Below, one piece after another: positions 30,819-32,789 of a stretch of 32,789 bases of DNA (positions are counted from its first letter, which is position 1; every line of letters starts with the position of its first letter). The DNA is from Candidatus Woesearchaeota archaeon (GTDB lineage Archaea > Nanobdellota > Nanobdellia > Pacearchaeales > GW2011-AR1). A model generated the notes under the pieces. That model made no database searches and was not told the DNA's origin. It was given only the letters and a program-made list of their open reading frames with translations. A program made the position numbers and the translations under genes. Where the stretch lies: assembly GCA_964622565.1 (NCBI GenBank), contig CAZUQL010000002.1, forward strand, positions 1 to 32,789, written 5' to 3'.

Positions 30819-32789
30819 TTAAGCTGTTGTTGTAACCAATTCAGCGCTAGTTGAAGATGTACCTACATACTTCTTTCCTGCAGTTGTATCTACAGTTTGA
30901 GTAGTCACGTAAGTAGCAGCATTTTGTGTGTCTGCAACATCATAACCTGCAACAAGCAAAGCAACCTTACCAGTTGTGTAAGCATCGCTAAAGCTCTGTA
31001 TCAAAAATTGACCAGAACCAACACTTGTAGCATCTGTGAAACTTGCTCCACAATATGCACCACCTAACAATTTAGCAGCAACTGAGTTAATACATGATCC
31101 ACCTACAACAATTAAGTTTTTGTTTGAAACAGAATTAACTTCTGAATCTTTAACCAAAACCTCACCTAAGCTTGTAGCTGAAGTAGTTGTTGAGCCGGTT
31201 GATATAGAAGCATCTGGAGCAGATACATAAATCTCTCCATATGACTCATCACCGTGGTACACCACATCTAAATTATACTGGTCTTGACTCTTGTCCCATA
31301 GAAGTTCAGTAGCTAAATCAGAATAGATAAAGCTTCTATAAACATCTGTGTTTTCAACTTCAAGGAATGTTGTTGACTCTCCTAAAACATCACTTACATG
31401 AGGTTCAGCAGTTGTAGCTGAATTCCATCCAAGAACAGCAGTAACATCAGTTCCACTTCCGATGTTTCCACTTTTGTCTTCTTCATCGAAAACAAGGTAG
31501 AATGAAGTAGCGTTGTGTCCTGTTTCTCCTGCTAATGAGAAGTTTATAGCTCCCCAACTTAAAGTGTTATTTGCCTCTTCATGAGGTAAGTAAACCATCA
31601 TTCCTTCTGCTGAGAACAAAGTTGTAAAGTTAACATAAGCGTTTCCACGAGTAATATTAACTGTCTTTAAGTCTTTGTTAATTGCATTAATATTTAATTC
31701 AACACTTCCAATAGTTACACTATCTGCAGTTCCATCCCATTGAACTTCTTCACCAGAAGTCCAACTATCAGATTCTGCATATTGAATTTTTGTTTTATTA
31801 ATTGCACCACTACTTGCTTCTGAGAAACTTGTAGCTTTAACCAAATAAGACTCTGCATTACTTCCATCATTGTATGAAGCAACAAAATACGAATCTGTGT
31901 CTCCATCAAAGATTAACTCAGTAGAACTTGTAGTTACTAACCTGTGTGTAGCATCTTTACCTGTTCCGTTGAATTGTCCAGCGACAGTTCGATATAATAT
32001 GTTTATATCTGCTGTAGCACCTTTCATTGGGAAATTGTCAAGATAAACATACTCACTTGCTCCTTTAACAGAAATTGTTTCTTCCTCAGGATAGTACATT
32101 CCAGCCATAGATAATTTAACTGCTCCAAAACCAGGCATTAAAACCTCACTATCTGGAGTTATAAATAAGTCATCTTGTGCTTTCCACTCAATAACTACCT
32201 TATCTAATTTTCCTGCTGCTGTGTTTGTAAAGAAAGCTTGTAGATCAGATACTGAATCATCATTTAACTCAATATCGTTTCCGTGTTGAAGAACAAGTTT
32301 TCCTGTTCCAATACTAAACTCTACTCTACTTACAGAACCTGTTTTTGAGTCATACATAATATCTTTGATTCCAACATAAGCTCCACCACTCAATTTTTGA
32401 GTTTGTGCTTCTGCTAGAGTATTTGTAGTTTCTCCATTAATGTTAAGTTTTGCTTCACCAGAACCAATGAAAGCCACTGATACTTCGTAAGTTTTTCCAT
32501 TAACATCAACACTTACAGATTCTCCTTCTGTTACAGTTGCAGTGTTAGCTGAATCTAATAGATTAAGAGTAGTTCGGTTTGTTATACTTAAAACATAATA
32601 CTCCTTACCCATTATAACTATATCACTGTTTGTTAAGTCTGCCCATTCAGGATTATCAGTCATATCAAGAGTATAATTCATTACATATGCACCGCTTGAT
32701 ATACTAATTCCTACTGTAGGAACATCATCTTTATAGTCTCCATCTTCCCACATAGTCAAAGATAAATTTGCTAACTCAATTTTTTGAGT
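30819..32789 (-). CDS. S-layer protein (S_layer_C-type C-terminal domain), 5' end outside window
   Basis: Frame stays open upstream of the track's TTG start to the window edge (...TQKIELANLSLTMWEDG...). At least 656 aa, Thr/Ser/Asn/Val-rich beta protein. C-terminal ...KNLIVVGGSCINSVAAKLLGG...GKVALLVAGYDVADTQNAATYV... resembles the C-terminal domain of euryarchaeal S-layer proteins. No C-terminal TM. Confidence 0.8.
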   Translation of the reverse strand, partial: TQKIELANLSLTMWEDGDYKDDVPTVGISISSGAYVMNYTLDMTDNPEWADLTNSDIVIMGKEYYVLSITNRTTLNLLDSANTATVTEGESVSVDVNGKTYEVSVAFIGSGEAKLNINGETTNTLAEAQTQKLSGGAYVGIKDIMYDSKTGSVSRVEFSIGTGKLVLQHGNDIELNDDSVSDLQAFFTNTAAGKLDKVVIEWKAQDDLFITPDSEVLMPGFGAVKLSMAGMYYPEEETISVKGASEYVYLDNFPMKGATADINILYRTVAGQFNGTGKDATHRLVTTSSTELIFDGDTDSYFVASYNDGSNAESYLVKATSFSEASSGAINKTKIQYAESDSWTSGEEVQWDGTADSVTIGSVELNINAINKDLKTVNITRGNAYVNFTTLFSAEGMMVYLPHEEANNTLSWGAINFSLAGETGHNATSFYLVFDEEDKSGNIGSGTDVTAVLGWNSATTAEPHVSDVLGESTTFLEVENTDVYRSFIYSDLATELLWDKSQDQYNLDVVYHGDESYGEIYVSAPDASISTGSTTTSATSLGEVLVKDSEVNSVSNKNLIVVGGSCINSVAAKLLGGAYCGASFTDATSVGSGQFLIQSFSDAYTTGKVALLVAGYDVADTQNAATYVTTQTVDTTAGKKYVGTSSTSAELVTTTA

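Noticed and set aside
31036-31909. ORFs 31036-31230 (+) and 31715-31909 (-, alternative frame) inside the S-layer gene
   Set aside because: They are embedded in a long continuous S-layer reading frame with consistent composition. They are short and lack start context.
1-32789. CRISPR arrays, transposases/IS ends, integrases, prophage, rRNA and diversity-generating retroelement repeats
   Set aside because: Reading both strands by eye, I found no regularly spaced direct repeats, no long terminal inverted repeats, no recombinase or reverse-transcriptase-like ORF and no rRNA-like conserved stretch. A computational repeat search could still reveal short or degenerate repeats.

Overview
AT-rich, very gene-dense archaeal chromosome fragment. 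Genes are short, often overlap or sit 1 nt apart, and many proteins carry Lys/Glu-rich tails. This fits a small-genome DPANN-type archaeon (Pace-/Woesearchaeota-like), which is an inference from content and style, not a search result. About two thirds of the window is core information-processing and cell-division genes. (1) 1-6137 (-): ribosomal operon uL3-uL4-uL23-uL2-uS19-uL22-uS3-uL29-SUI1-uS17-uL14-uL24, preceded by a 235-aa unknown. (2) 7010-9499 (+): AI-2E-family permease and AMP/thymidine-phosphorylase-family enzyme, then tRNA-Ser(UGA). (3) 10085-12016 (-): XPD/Rad3-like Fe-S helicase. (4) 12017-12958: poorly coding stretch with interrupted ORFs. (5) 12959-15001 (-): stalk operon uL1-P0-[71-codon membrane-like ORF]-P1. 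(6) 15203-16387 (+): four tightly coupled small unknown ORFs. (7) 16374-19546 (-): Taw1, an 18-codon polybasic micro-ORF, M50 site-2 protease, eL40, aIF5A. (8) 19658-25395 (+): FKBP, FtsZ, small ORF, SecE, Spt5, uL11, tRNA-Pro(UGG), eL43, RpoP, prefoldin beta, SepF, small ORF, and a two-domain Dph2-like protein. (9) 25765-32789: cell-envelope island. It holds a small membrane protein, a 631-aa secreted protein with a sorting-signal-like C-terminus, a 4-Cys mini-protein, a minimal exosortase/archaeosortase-family protein, DedA, two N-anchored 4-Cys paralogs and an S-layer protein gene cut by the window edge. I saw no CRISPR array, transposase, integrase or rRNA. The most interesting candidates are the minimal archaeosortase-like gene with its putative substrate, the S-layer gene with its anchored paralogs, the ORF inserted into the P0-P1 stalk pair together with a tail-less P0, and the orphan ORFs translationally coupled to ftsZ, sepF and the surface-protein gene. 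All family assignments come from motif recognition by eye. No database search was run.
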